Source: Cyanobacteria bacterium P01_D01_bin.156
GTDB lineage: Bacteria; Cyanobacteriota; Cyanobacteriia; Phormidesmidales; Phormidesmidaceae
DNA length: 64,000 nt
Reading direction: 5' to 3'
Assembly (NCBI GenBank): GCA_039024555.1
Contig: JBCCQQ010000029.1
Coordinates: forward strand, 1-64,000
The translations under genes and the position numbers were made by a program. How positions within the stretch are numbered: position 1 is the stretch's first letter; each line of letters begins with the position of its first letter. The notes beneath the pieces were generated by a model. The model did not search any database, was not told the origin of the DNA, and saw only the letters and a list, made by a program, of their open reading frames with translations. This document shows, piece by piece, positions 36,901-45,268 of this stretch.

Positions 36901-39900
36901 TGATCAAAAAGATCACCACATCAACAATCATTTTGACGATTTTGGCAATGCCGGACGCTGGGTTCATTAATCCAATAATGTATTGAATGCCTGCGATCGC
37001 AATCTCTGGAATAACAACCTGGGTCACAATCATGGTGATAAACTCACCCTTGAGGCTAGAAAATACATCCTTGATGAAATCCCAGATAGCCATAAAGCCT
37101 TTTTTCGGAAAATCACCAATGGCCTGGAAAAAGCTCATCACATACTGGGGGACACCTAGGTCTTTCAAAGTCTCCGTTAAATTAGATAAAGCACTCAAAC
37201 CCTGATCGAGCAGCATCCGTAGCAGCTCAACCGCCCAATCTGGCATCAGACTGGCGGCTAATTCAAAAATGGCATCCTTGGTTAGCCCCAAAATTTGGAG
37301 CAAAATATCGATAACCCCCTGTAAATCGAACTTATCTGGAAACTTAATTTGAATGCCGCTACCCAGTAACCATTCAAAAAAGCCATTAATAACGTGCTTG
37401 AGAATGTTGTTGCCAAATTTTTTGAAGCCTTCACCAATGCCCGTGAAGAGCGTGTTCATTACTCCACCAGGATCATCCACAAAGGCATCTAAAAACGCAT
37501 TAACATGGGAACCAATGCCAGGAATCAGGGAAATGGGCGGCTTCAAAATGTTCAAAACCTGCCGCAAAATCCATTTGCCAATTTCCGCTAGGGCGCTAGC
37601 AATTTTGCTCACCAAACTGGCATTGGCGGCCTTCAGTTCTTCAATGCGTTCATTAACTTCTTTTAGGGACGCTTCATACTTCGCCTTAAGATCGTCAACC
37701 AGGGAGTTTTGTTTATCTCGAATGGTCTGTTCTAGGCCGTCAAACTGTGCTTGGACCGTTGCTGCAGCATCTAGGCCAATGGAGCGGAGATCATCGGGTA
37801 GTGCTGCCACATATTCTTGTACCCGCTGGCGGCCACGATCCACTTCGGCTTTAGCATTGGTTAGCTCTTCTTCAACAATATCGGCAATGCGATGGACACC
37901 TTGGCGTTGAACATTTAGGTAATCCTCTTTGGCAATCTCATAGATATTGTTAACCTCATCGGGGAGGCCGGTAAATACCTTATTCACTAACCAAAGGGGA
38001 GTATTAAAAATTGGCTTCATATAGAAGCGAATTTTTATATATGCCCAGCCAGCTTTGATTTCTATCCAGGGGATATACATCGGGTTGCGCACCCGATAGT
38101 ATTGGTGTTTCCAATTCTCAAACAGCTGCTTTTGTCGGCGTTCAAAGACAGCCTTGGCTCGTCTATCGGTCGCTGCAAATTCATCATTGACCCGCTGATC
38201 CATCCGGGTCAGAGTGCCGTTGACATTGCCTTTAGTCTCATCGTAGATGGCTTGAATTTCTTGGGAAACGCGGGTCCGTTCACTTTCGTCTGTGGTTTGA
38301 CTTTCTTGCTGGCTCTCCTGTACCCCTAGCATTTCTTCCATGCGGGTGGCAAACATATCGTCGTTGCCTGCCGCAATAGTATCGGTCTGGGATTTTTCAG
38401 TATCTGCTTGTACAGAGGCTTCTGTTTGGCGAAATTTTTGCTGAGCGCCACCACCAAAATGTTGTTTGCCCTCCTCCAGGGCTCCGGTGGCATCTACACC
38501 GGCATCCTTCTCGTAGGACTTCAGACGATTCTCGTCTAACGGGACTGGGTTATCTTTTTGCGTGGGAGTTTCCGCCTCCACTATGGCCTGGCGCTGCAAA
38601 AACAGCCCTGGCAGCAGTTGAATATCTGGCAGCTGAGTAACCTGGGGCTGACGCTGGACCTCTTGGCCGTTCTCGGTTTCAGTCTGTACTGCCGGGTCAG
38701 TTGCTGTTTCAGGTTGAGGGGTAGCAGGGACTTGTTTATTGTGCTTGGCGGGTTCAGTTGCCAGTTTGGGAGTGTTCATCGCCATGACGGTATCCGCCAT
38801 GTGATCGGCTTCCTGCTCAAATTTATCCCCCGGTGCGCCAACCATAAGTTTGGCCTGTATGGGGGGGAGGTCCTTCTTATTCTTGGGAACTAAATTTTCA
38901 AGCGCCTGCTGAGTTTCTTGCAGGGGTTTTTCCACCTCTTCTTCGGTGCGAGGTTTTGGCGTGGCTGCGGTTGCATTAATGGACTCATCCGGTGGTTTTT
39001 CACCAGCTTCTTCGACGGCTTCAGGAGCTTGCGTAACCGGTTTAGGGTCTTCACTAGCTGGGTCCGGGGCGCGGGTGGCTGACTCTTTTAATTCACCTTC
39101 CGACTTGGACTTGGCTTTATTGACTTCGGCGGTAACTTTCTCCGAAGAGCCATCCATGCCCTTGCCTTCTTCAATATCCTTTTGGGATTTTGGTTTATTC
39201 GATTCTAGGACTGAGAGAAGGGCAGATACGAAGGATTCTCGATCAAATAGCTGAGGCTTTTTCCCGGCAGCTTCCTCCGATTGGGTCGCTTGGGCACGAC
39301 GGCTTTGCTGCGCCGGGTCGTTGACGGCATCTTGCGCTTCGCGGGCTTTATCAACCGCTGGTTTATGGGTGGATTGTTGGGCTGCAACGTGCTCACTTTG
39401 ATCGACAACGGCGGCAAAGGCCGGGTCTTCATCCGGTGAGCTGGGGGCCTTGGTACCGCTAAAATCAGGGGCTTCGACTAGCCCTGGATCGGGTAGGTGC
39501 TCTGGAGTGCCAATGGGTGTAAGTTCAGGGCTGACCTCCCCGGATTCAGCTGAGCCATCGGCACCTTCTGGCTGTTCTTCGGCAGCGGCTTCTTCACCGT
39601 TATTTTCTGCTTCGGCCTCTTCTGATTTTTTTTGCTGGGTTTCTTTTTCCTCTAGGGCCTTTTGCTCTGCCTGACCAACATCGCTTTGTTGTTTTTGAGT
39701 CTCCTTTTCACCAGTGTTTTCACCCTCATCCTGAGCTTTCTTAGCTTCATTCTCACTTTTGTTCTTTAAATCCTCGGCGGCCTCTTCAGCTTTGTCTTCA
39801 TCGCTGGCATTGCCTAATTTGCTTTTGGCCTCATTGGCCATGTTTCGACCGGCATCACCCCCTTTATCCGCTGCTGAGGTATCGGCTTCACCACTTTGTT

Positions 39901-41053
39901 TACTATTGATCTCCTGATTAATCCCTTTGATGCCCTCATCCACGTCTTTTTTGACGTCATCCTTTTTATCCCGTTGCAGTACCCCTTGAACCCCATGGGA
40001 AATGGAGGGAGCACGGTCGCTCGTTCGCTGCAGAGTATCTGTTTCAGGCCCCTCCTGGGTGTGTTTCACAACCTGGTCTGCCATGCGATCGGCTTCTTGT
40101 TCATAGCGATCGCCTACAGCCCCGACCATTAAATCAGGCTGGATTGTGACTGAAACTTCTTCTAGATTGCCCACCGGTCGGGTTGCTACCTGGGAAATCT
40201 TCTGGCGCTGAACCTTAGGGGCAACGCTGGCGGCAACTGGCTGAGCAGAGGTTGCTAAAGGGGATTTGTTTATCTTTTCGGTCTTTTGGGCTAACCGTTT
40301 AGGATTTACGGTGGATGGGCCAGTTTGTTGAATGGTGTGGGTGAGTTCGTGGGCTAGTAACCGTTTGCCACCAGTGGATTCTGGATTATATTTTCCAGAA
40401 TTGAAGTAAATATCATTTCCGTGGGTAAATGCCTGAGCTTTCAGATTTTGATTCATCTGTACCGCTTCGGCATTGGTGTGGACACGTACCCCACCAAAAT
40501 CATTGCCAAAGCGCGATTCCATGAAGTCACGCGTATTATTTGAGAGGGGTTGTCCTCCGCCCTTACTGCTTTGTAAGCGGCTTTCAATAGTAGACCCCGC
40601 TTCAAAGGAACCGTCCTCTGATTTGGTTTGTAATGGTGGGGCTGTTAATGAATTAGGCTCTGCCTTGAGGGTAACGGCACCGTCTTCCCATTTCTCGTCG
40701 GCTTTGGAAACGTTATCTGCCAGGGGGCCAGTTTCTAGAGGTTTGAGACTGACGGCACCATCTTCCCAGCGTTCTTTGACACCGTCTACTGTCTGTCGCT
40801 GAATGCGTCGTTGAATCGGTTTAGCCGGTCTATACTCGGCAATTGCCACCTGTTCAAAGTGGTGGCCCTGGGTATCCGCCTGTTGTATTGGGTTATTGGG
40901 TGGTTCACCCGCCATTTGAATCTGGCCACCTTCATAGTCCAGACTTTGCTCATCGGATTCTGGCTGAGTGTCCTGGCTGTCAAACAGAGATTGTCCGCCA
41001 GCGGGAGCCGGAGTCGGAGTCGCGGAAACCTGAGTTTTTGCCTTTGTTGTCAT
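33926..41053 (-). CDS. Giant eCIS cargo / tape-measure-like protein with three DUF4157 (eCIS core) domains
   Basis: Three DFS.VR.H...AFT.G.DIFF..G.Y.P...G..LLAHELTH..QQ domains, two VG..GD..EQEAD motifs, a central amphipathic/hydrophobic helical region and a K/D-rich linker. Confidence 0.88.
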   Translation of the reverse strand: MTTKAKTQVSATPTPAPAGGQSLFDSQDTQPESDEQSLDYEGGQIQMAGEPPNNPIQQADTQGHHFEQVAIAEYRPAKPIQRRIQRQTVDGVKERWEDGAVSLKPLETGPLADNVSKADEKWEDGAVTLKAEPNSLTAPPLQTKSEDGSFEAGSTIESRLQSSKGGGQPLSNNTRDFMESRFGNDFGGVRVHTNAEAVQMNQNLKAQAFTHGNDIYFNSGKYNPESTGGKRLLAHELTHTIQQTGPSTVNPKRLAQKTEKINKSPLATSAQPVAASVAPKVQRQKISQVATRPVGNLEEVSVTIQPDLMVGAVGDRYEQEADRMADQVVKHTQEGPETDTLQRTSDRAPSISHGVQGVLQRDKKDDVKKDVDEGIKGINQEINSKQSGEADTSAADKGGDAGRNMANEAKSKLGNASDEDKAEEAAEDLKNKSENEAKKAQDEGENTGEKETQKQQSDVGQAEQKALEEKETQQKKSEEAEAENNGEEAAAEEQPEGADGSAESGEVSPELTPIGTPEHLPDPGLVEAPDFSGTKAPSSPDEDPAFAAVVDQSEHVAAQQSTHKPAVDKAREAQDAVNDPAQQSRRAQATQSEEAAGKKPQLFDRESFVSALLSVLESNKPKSQKDIEEGKGMDGSSEKVTAEVNKAKSKSEGELKESATRAPDPASEDPKPVTQAPEAVEEAGEKPPDESINATAATPKPRTEEEVEKPLQETQQALENLVPKNKKDLPPIQAKLMVGAPGDKFEQEADHMADTVMAMNTPKLATEPAKHNKQVPATPQPETATDPAVQTETENGQEVQRQPQVTQLPDIQLLPGLFLQRQAIVEAETPTQKDNPVPLDENRLKSYEKDAGVDATGALEEGKQHFGGGAQQKFRQTEASVQADTEKSQTDTIAAGNDDMFATRMEEMLGVQESQQESQTTDESERTRVSQEIQAIYDETKGNVNGTLTRMDQRVNDEFAATDRRAKAVFERRQKQLFENWKHQYYRVRNPMYIPWIEIKAGWAYIKIRFYMKPIFNTPLWLVNKVFTGLPDEVNNIYEIAKEDYLNVQRQGVHRIADIVEEELTNAKAEVDRGRQRVQEYVAALPDDLRSIGLDAAATVQAQFDGLEQTIRDKQNSLVDDLKAKYEASLKEVNERIEELKAANASLVSKIASALAEIGKWILRQVLNILKPPISLIPGIGSHVNAFLDAFVDDPGGVMNTLFTGIGEGFKKFGNNILKHVINGFFEWLLGSGIQIKFPDKFDLQGVIDILLQILGLTKDAIFELAASLMPDWAVELLRMLLDQGLSALSNLTETLKDLGVPQYVMSFFQAIGDFPKKGFMAIWDFIKDVFSSLKGEFITMIVTQVVIPEIAIAGIQYIIGLMNPASGIAKIVKMIVDVVIFLINNKDMIFEVLKSIGAVFSAVVSKTWQPVAQAVELALAKIIPLALGFFASLLGLGGIPNKIGNVVEKLRTPVDKGLGGIFEKLGMLLDPVGAIEGGVSGLADKAASKSGKKRNKKKNKDDDDDKSSEQNKANDKPPEQKNSSTPASSKNSSQPANKDSTNQQSSKPTGQANDTNKGKTNSQDKSTAEKDSNKSNQDSNKKKNNDDDDDDSQDPKKKKDDDDDKDPKKKKDDDKQDPKKKKKDDDDDDKDPKKKKDKDKDKKNNPKSNLKKQLKAAVTDVRNLADDKRDPDKVKGKLSSIKKKRDLDSLTLKKKGNKKYQVIGKATAKPDKKGKGTKARRKPLPGVTAVPHDSASVEEHVQRLSGQGNQLSDPVQSSMEDAFGTADFSGVRIHHDAEGDRLSRAMNAQAFTVNQDIFFRQGHYQPDTPQGKHLLAHELTHVQQQRSGHQVGVAQRKSNQGDWKDENNDVAVKKKKLKATKKKGDFTVEAKLVEKDKVLKKVRDKLKGRIKRNADFKKIKKYAKQLKKQYKLKALTVTKTKRDGSRYKISGEVDKKNNKSAQKVAAAPAQPQHIIQPTLETDIQRSEGRGQTLSSAVRAPLEDAFATDFSPVRIHTGNEGDRLSRAIQAKAFTTGRDIFFRRGTYAPETDSGQHLLAHELTHVIQQSGDQPAVGQRVSRPEATPPPVQRVADRSGLGLWIQRDAENTGESTPEAGNLTAVAAGAAAGAAASGLLSGGGKKEEDVTVRSRITDKDSKLTVNVRIEEKQEEEEEAPPEEDTQMSEEEETPEEALPPSLVNDIVKVIQDIVNQDPDPDTVARKLDKVRVMFEMQLVKLVTYAEVGDSFQYIVKINGRAKFIRASKIASFLKRLGGAARKGAAKVTDNVNNPTASKSTQTDTAKPITAADAPPPKTSVKAADPTTDHKTDTATPTKEPVADTPTPDKVTPSSTDKTAKSVDKIDQAQDRKMKVSSKVRRLNPETIDVIIRATPQAQKQ
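36120..36300 (-). repeat. Coding tandem repeat (DDDD-x-DPKKKK) x4
   Basis: Repeated TCATCATCGTC...TTCTTAGGATC units encoding DDDDDSQDPKKKK DDDDDKDPKKKK DDDKQDPKKKKK DDDDDDKDPKKKK. Confidence 0.85.
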
Positions 41054-41096
41054 GACGGTGAACCAATGGGGAAGATATCAGCCAAAAAACTAGGGA

Positions 41097-42407
41097 TTAT
41101 CCCCCCACGGTCATGAGCGTTAGGGCTTTGTTAAGCCAGTGAGACTTTTGCGATCGCTGGTGTGGGAAAATAGTATCCACGTCAATTTCGCCATAGTCCA
41201 GCTGTTGAATCAGGGCCTTACAGAGCTGAATGGTGTTATCTTCTGGCTGATGTAACAGTTCAGGATGAGAATTGTCGAATACAGGATCTAAATAGCGGCC
41301 ATCGACCCAGGTGGGCGAAACCCCCAAATAGGCTTTGGCGTTGAGCGGTTGCCCCGGTTGGTAGGTAAACTTGAGATAGGCTAAACGCTTAACCAACAGA
41401 CATTCGCGATAGGGGGCCAGCTGATCTGACCAGTGTTGCAACAGAGCTGGGAAGGGTGCCAGGTTATCCTGAGACCGTATATAGCCGGGATAGGCCAGTA
41501 GTGCAGCTGCGCGATCGCAGGAACAAATTCCCATCGTCACCAGGCGATTCAGAACCTGTTGCCAATCGTTTTTTTGGCCAAAGTAACATTCCACCGCAAT
41601 GTGCGGTGATAGCTCGTGGTGAATTTCTAGCTGTAGGGATAGGGATTGGGCACCGTGACACACCCCACTTAGCAAAGGTGTCAGTAGATCCAGGTCCCCA
41701 GACCAGTTAAGCTGCTGGAGCATTGAACGTATCCGTTGCAGCGTCATATCCTTGATGTAAAGCCTGAGACCGGGTACATCATCTGACTGGCTAACCCGAC
41801 CTGACAGTGCACCCACTTGAAACAGCGGAGTGGTGGGTGAGAGTGTGGAAAGACACTGCTGTAGTGTGTGCTGAGTGTCTGTTGGCAAGGTACGGCCCAG
41901 CAATGCGGGTAAAGCCTGTTGGCCAATCCAGTCTAGACTGTTGCCACGGCTCTCCTTGAGTCCGAAAAAGCTACTAGGTACCGGCAGCTCTGCATTATTT
42001 TGATTGATGTCAAATTCTAACCAGATATCTTCAATCTCGGATTGGAGAGCCTGTTGGGGAGATTGCCAAAGACGGGCCAACTGCTGAATATGGTGCCAGG
42101 GCGTTTGAGTCCACAGGTCTGTAAACCCTGGAGGCATTAACTCCGGTTCTCGATGTAGTTGACTAAGGACCGGTAGCGTTAAGGGTTGTCCCGCTAAGAG
42201 GGACTGTCCCCAGGCTCCACTTACCCGTAAGAAAAAGTCCGCCTCCGTCGGCTGGGATAGGGGACATTCAAACCCTACCGTTGTTCCTAAGGTAAGCGGT
42301 AACTGTTCTGCGACTGTACCAATTGCGGCCAGGGCTGACGGTGTTATCAGCTGGTCAGAAATTGTTGGTGCGATCGCAATAATAATGTCATTTAGGGAAG
42401 ATACCAT
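41097..42407 (-). CDS. Putative ABBA/DMATS-like aromatic prenyltransferase-fold protein
   Basis: GFECPL...ADFFL, DIWLEFD, FQVG, LRLYI, IAVECYF and LKFTYQPGQPLNAKAYLG give alternating alpha/beta blocks ending in a K-x-Y strand, as in ABBA barrels. Start at ATG 42407 (MVSSLND), 2 nt after the upstream stop. Confidence 0.45.
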   Translation of the reverse strand: MVSSLNDIIIAIAPTISDQLITPSALAAIGTVAEQLPLTLGTTVGFECPLSQPTEADFFLRVSGAWGQSLLAGQPLTLPVLSQLHREPELMPPGFTDLWTQTPWHHIQQLARLWQSPQQALQSEIEDIWLEFDINQNNAELPVPSSFFGLKESRGNSLDWIGQQALPALLGRTLPTDTQHTLQQCLSTLSPTTPLFQVGALSGRVSQSDDVPGLRLYIKDMTLQRIRSMLQQLNWSGDLDLLTPLLSGVCHGAQSLSLQLEIHHELSPHIAVECYFGQKNDWQQVLNRLVTMGICSCDRAAALLAYPGYIRSQDNLAPFPALLQHWSDQLAPYRECLLVKRLAYLKFTYQPGQPLNAKAYLGVSPTWVDGRYLDPVFDNSHPELLHQPEDNTIQLCKALIQQLDYGEIDVDTIFPHQRSQKSHWLNKALTLMTVGG

Positions 42408-42409
42408 CC

Positions 42410-42565
42410 TTAGGGCTCCTGGGCTATTAGCTGGTAAACCTCTTGCACCCAACGATGGCGCTCTTGATGTTCCAGCGACAAAATTTCTTGACGTGACCAG
42501 TGAAAATGAAACGCAATTAAGGCTATCTCTTGGTACAGCTGTTCCAAGGGATAGCCAGGAGCTCC
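42410..42565 (-). CDS. DUF6760-like small eCIS protein, probably the -1 frameshift extension of the upstream tail-assembly chaperone (missing from the ORF track)
   Basis: The -1 frame reads GAPGYPLEQLYQEIALIAFHFHWSRQEILSLEHQERHRWVQEVYQLIAQEP*. No ATG in frame. GGGGGAG at 42568-42562. Confidence 0.8.
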   Translation of the reverse strand, partial: GAPGYPLEQLYQEIALIAFHFHWSRQEILSLEHQERHRWVQEVYQLIAQEP

Positions 42566-42909
42566 CCCATTAGGGAAAGCCGGTAGTCGGAAGGATTGAT
42601 ATCATTATAAAGCTCGATCAAGTAGTGTACATCGGCCATAAAGAGATGACCCACATCATCGGCACTCAGCTGTGGATGTCCCTGGAGCTGTGTAACCCGT
42701 GATAAGCGTAACAAGATTCCATAGGCATCACTGTCCATCATTTGTGACCCATGGTGGGCAGCCAGTTCATCGGCTCCAGTGGCCAATCGCATGTGGCCCT
42801 GGCGATACGCCTCTGTCTCAGTGGTGAATCCTTGGGGAAGTTCCAACGGTACTTGGGTAGAACCAGGTGGTTTACTGGCTGGTTCTAAGGAAGGCAGGGG
42901 AGACATCAT
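42523..42909 (-). CDS. Tail assembly chaperone-like protein (paralogue 2)
   Basis: LELPQGF...RQGHMRLATGADEL...LSRVTQL...LFMADVHYLIELYNDIN is the conserved eCIS post-tube protein pattern. Confidence 0.78.
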   Translation of the reverse strand: MMSPLPSLEPASKPPGSTQVPLELPQGFTTETEAYRQGHMRLATGADELAAHHGSQMMDSDAYGILLRLSRVTQLQGHPQLSADDVGHLFMADVHYLIELYNDINPSDYRLSLMGELLAIPWNSCTKR

Positions 42910-43295
42910 GACGTCGCAGCAACAAGTTCTTGGGTAAGCGCATTTTCGATATCTGTTATGGACTCAGCAGAAATATCTGCCTCGGTAAGTATTGCCGGAC
43001 TGTTGATCTGTCGATAAAGGGTTTGCAGGTAGCCCAAGTCCGAGGCAAACATATTTTCCAACACCTGGGGAGTCACTTCGGGTAAATCCCCTAGGGAGAC
43101 AATCACCCGAGTCAGGATGATAATGGAGGCATAGGCTGGGTTAGCTTGTACCCGAGGGTCCTGCAGGGGTAAAATCTCATCCATGGCCCGCGATCGCCTC
43201 ATGATGCCCACTTGGTGCACCTGACCAAAGTCATCAACATAGCCAGTGGGTAAGCAAAACTCAAATTCTGTTTGCATCATTGTTTTCTTTTGCAT
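42906..43295 (-). CDS. Tail assembly chaperone-like protein (paralogue 1)
   Basis: TEFEFCLPTGYVD..G.VH..GIMR...DEILPLQDPRVQANPAY...LTRVI..LG...ENMFASDLGYLQTLYRQIN. Confidence 0.85.
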   Translation of the reverse strand: MQKKTMMQTEFEFCLPTGYVDDFGQVHQVGIMRRSRAMDEILPLQDPRVQANPAYASIIILTRVIVSLGDLPEVTPQVLENMFASDLGYLQTLYRQINSPAILTEADISAESITDIENALTQELVAATS

Positions 43296-43298
43296 ATG

Positions 43299-43829
43299 TT
43301 AACTAATGGGGCTGACCCGCTTAAAGCCTTCGCAGGCCAGCTCTAAATCTTCAAAGGCTAGGTCTGTGCCCGACACCATACTGTCTGACAGGGTGTAACT
43401 GACCGGCCAGGCACCCTCAAACTGAAACCGGGCTCCGGCGGTGCCATCCTGACGATAAAGTGTGATCGAACCATCTTTGCAAGCCGCTGGCCATCCCCCA
43501 TCCTGGGCCAGGTCAATCCAATTCCACAGGGTTTCTGAGGCCCCCATACCCCGGCGCAGATTAATATTGTCAATGCGCTCGACGCCAGGAATTTTACTGC
43601 GATGGATAAGTCCCACCGAACTACCCTGACGGCCCCAACCTTCAGGGAACGATTCTGTGAACTCAATCACATCTTGGTAGTACTTGAGCCCCTTACATTC
43701 CATAAACAATCCGTCCACATCATCTACGCTGTCGTTTAAGTGGAGTTCCACATAAAAGCGAGATGCCGTGAGATATTCATAAAATGTTGTGGTGTCCTCA
43801 GGGGATGGTGTGGTTACCACATTCACCAT
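43299..43829 (-). CDS. Phage tail tube protein (gp19/Afp1-5-like)
   Basis: RFYVEL, FMECKGL, NINLRRGM, LWNW, KDGSI, RFQFEGAWPVSY, FEDLELACEG. Confidence 0.9.
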   Translation of the reverse strand: MVNVVTTPSPEDTTTFYEYLTASRFYVELHLNDSVDDVDGLFMECKGLKYYQDVIEFTESFPEGWGRQGSSVGLIHRSKIPGVERIDNINLRRGMGASETLWNWIDLAQDGGWPAACKDGSITLYRQDGTAGARFQFEGAWPVSYTLSDSMVSGTDLAFEDLELACEGFKRVSPIS

Positions 43830-43961
43830 GCTGTAACTCTCCTTTTATAACGTTGAGTATTAGGGTGTTAGAGCCATAGTCATTACCCACATCGCAAGAT
43901 GTAATTTAGGACGGTTCGAAGTTTTGTAGACTCACCCAGAAGCCGCGTTTTTACCCTATCC

Positions 43962-44486
43962 CTAGGCGGATGTACCCGCTGTCGGTACTCGAATTAGGCC
44001 TGCATGGGCAATCTCAATGGTTTCCTTAAATAGATCGGTACTCTCGGTTTGCACCTGGGTGGTGGTGTACTTTGCTGGAATCGCATCACGAATTGACCAG
44101 CGTGCACCTTCTGTACCATCTTGTTTGTAGAAGACTAAACCACCCGAAAAGCGATTTTTCATTTCTGGGCGGCCACCACCAATGGCAGACTTGGGATGAC
44201 AATCCAGGTACCAGTTCAACAAAATATCATTTTCGCGGGCAGTCACAAACTCTAGCGTTAGGTTCTCGTAGGTGACGCCGCTGGGGGTAATTTGGGTTTG
44301 GGTGACAATTCCTTTACCAACACCGATAGGTTGTCCTTCGGCAGCGGGATCAATTGAAATGGATACACCGCTACATTTGGAAATTAAAAGGCGGGTGGTG
44401 GCATCATATTCAAAGTAAAATCGGCTGACGGTGAGATATTCCATTCGTGCCGTACTGTAGGCAAAGGCGCTGGCTGCAGCAACCAT
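43962..44486 (-). CDS. Phage tail tube protein (gp19-like, divergent)
   Basis: RFYFEYD, TYENLTLE, LLNWY, RWSIRDAIPAKY, ETIEIAHAGL. Confidence 0.85.
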   Translation of the reverse strand: MVAAASAFAYSTARMEYLTVSRFYFEYDATTRLLISKCSGVSISIDPAAEGQPIGVGKGIVTQTQITPSGVTYENLTLEFVTARENDILLNWYLDCHPKSAIGGGRPEMKNRFSGGLVFYKQDGTEGARWSIRDAIPAKYTTTQVQTESTDLFKETIEIAHAGLIRVPTAGTSA

Positions 44487-44566
44487 GGTGGGGTACTCCT
44501 ATGTAATAACTAAAAAACTGAAGCGTAGTTCAAAAAAACTACGGATTAGACTCCTGAAAAGAGACT

Positions 44567-45118
44567 TTAAGAATAGCTCACCGCCAGGGAAGCGCGACGA
44601 TCGGAAGCGCTGGTATTAGAACTCGATAGCGAAACAACCTTATCAATATGTTCGGCCACGAGTTCGTAAGTCTCCACCGCCAAGTCTTGTCCAGTCACAT
44701 CAGGATCGGAAATAGAGTACTTTTTAACCCAGGCCCGGAATAAGTTCCAACGCAGTACCTCGTCACCTTGGGGATCGTAGACAACAATGGAGCCCGTGCG
44801 ACGGTTTTTAGACCAGTTGCCACGACCGCCATCACTGGGGGGTAAACACTCTTGGAACCAGTTATAAAGTTGGAAGCTGGCACTACGAGAGTCGTCGCAC
44901 ATATAGACTTCCACCGTCATTGACGGACTAGAATCGTAGCCGCCAGATGTGGTCTGTCGAGATGTTTTACCACCCTTGGTTGAGGCAATTGCTTTAGCAT
45001 TACCCGTGACCTTAGCCTCATAGGAGAGCTGGGCCATGCTCTTAATTTCTGCTTCTGTGATGCCGTCGAATTCAATGTAGTAACTCGACGCCGTGGTGGT
45101 AAAAATTGGTTCAGCCAT
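44567..45118 (-). CDS. Phage tail tube protein (gp19-like, divergent)
   Basis: YYIEFDG, LYNWF, RRTGSIVVYDPQGDEVLRWNLFRAWVKKY, LAVETYELVAE. Directly follows the sheath gene. Confidence 0.87.
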   Translation of the reverse strand: MAEPIFTTTASSYYIEFDGITEAEIKSMAQLSYEAKVTGNAKAIASTKGGKTSRQTTSGGYDSSPSMTVEVYMCDDSRSASFQLYNWFQECLPPSDGGRGNWSKNRRTGSIVVYDPQGDEVLRWNLFRAWVKKYSISDPDVTGQDLAVETYELVAEHIDKVVSLSSSNTSASDRRASLAVSYS

Positions 45119-45219
45119 TTACTAAGCCTCCGCAGTAATTTTTTGGTTGCTTTCTGTTACTTACCAGAAAGCTTCTAATGGAAATTGGGTGTTATGGGAG
45201 ATTGAGATTTTCCGCATAC

Positions 45220-45260
45220 AAAAAATGATCAAAGGATGGGATGGACATCCCTTGATCATT
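45220..45260 (-). terminator. Intrinsic terminator-like hairpin between sheath and first tube gene
   Basis: Minus strand AATGATCAAGGGATG-loop-CATCCTTTGATCATT running into a T-tract, 8 nt after the sheath stop. Confidence 0.65.
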
Positions 45261-45268
45261 AGAGGAGA

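Noticed and set aside
34149..40802. Numerous antisense ORFs over the giant genes (also 6995-7657, 21788-22309, 57386-57757)
   Set aside because: Shadow frames of low-complexity coding sequence with no motifs of their own.
42385..42573. Plus-strand 62-aa ORF from the track
   Set aside because: It is the antisense shadow of the DUF6760-like frame on the minus strand.
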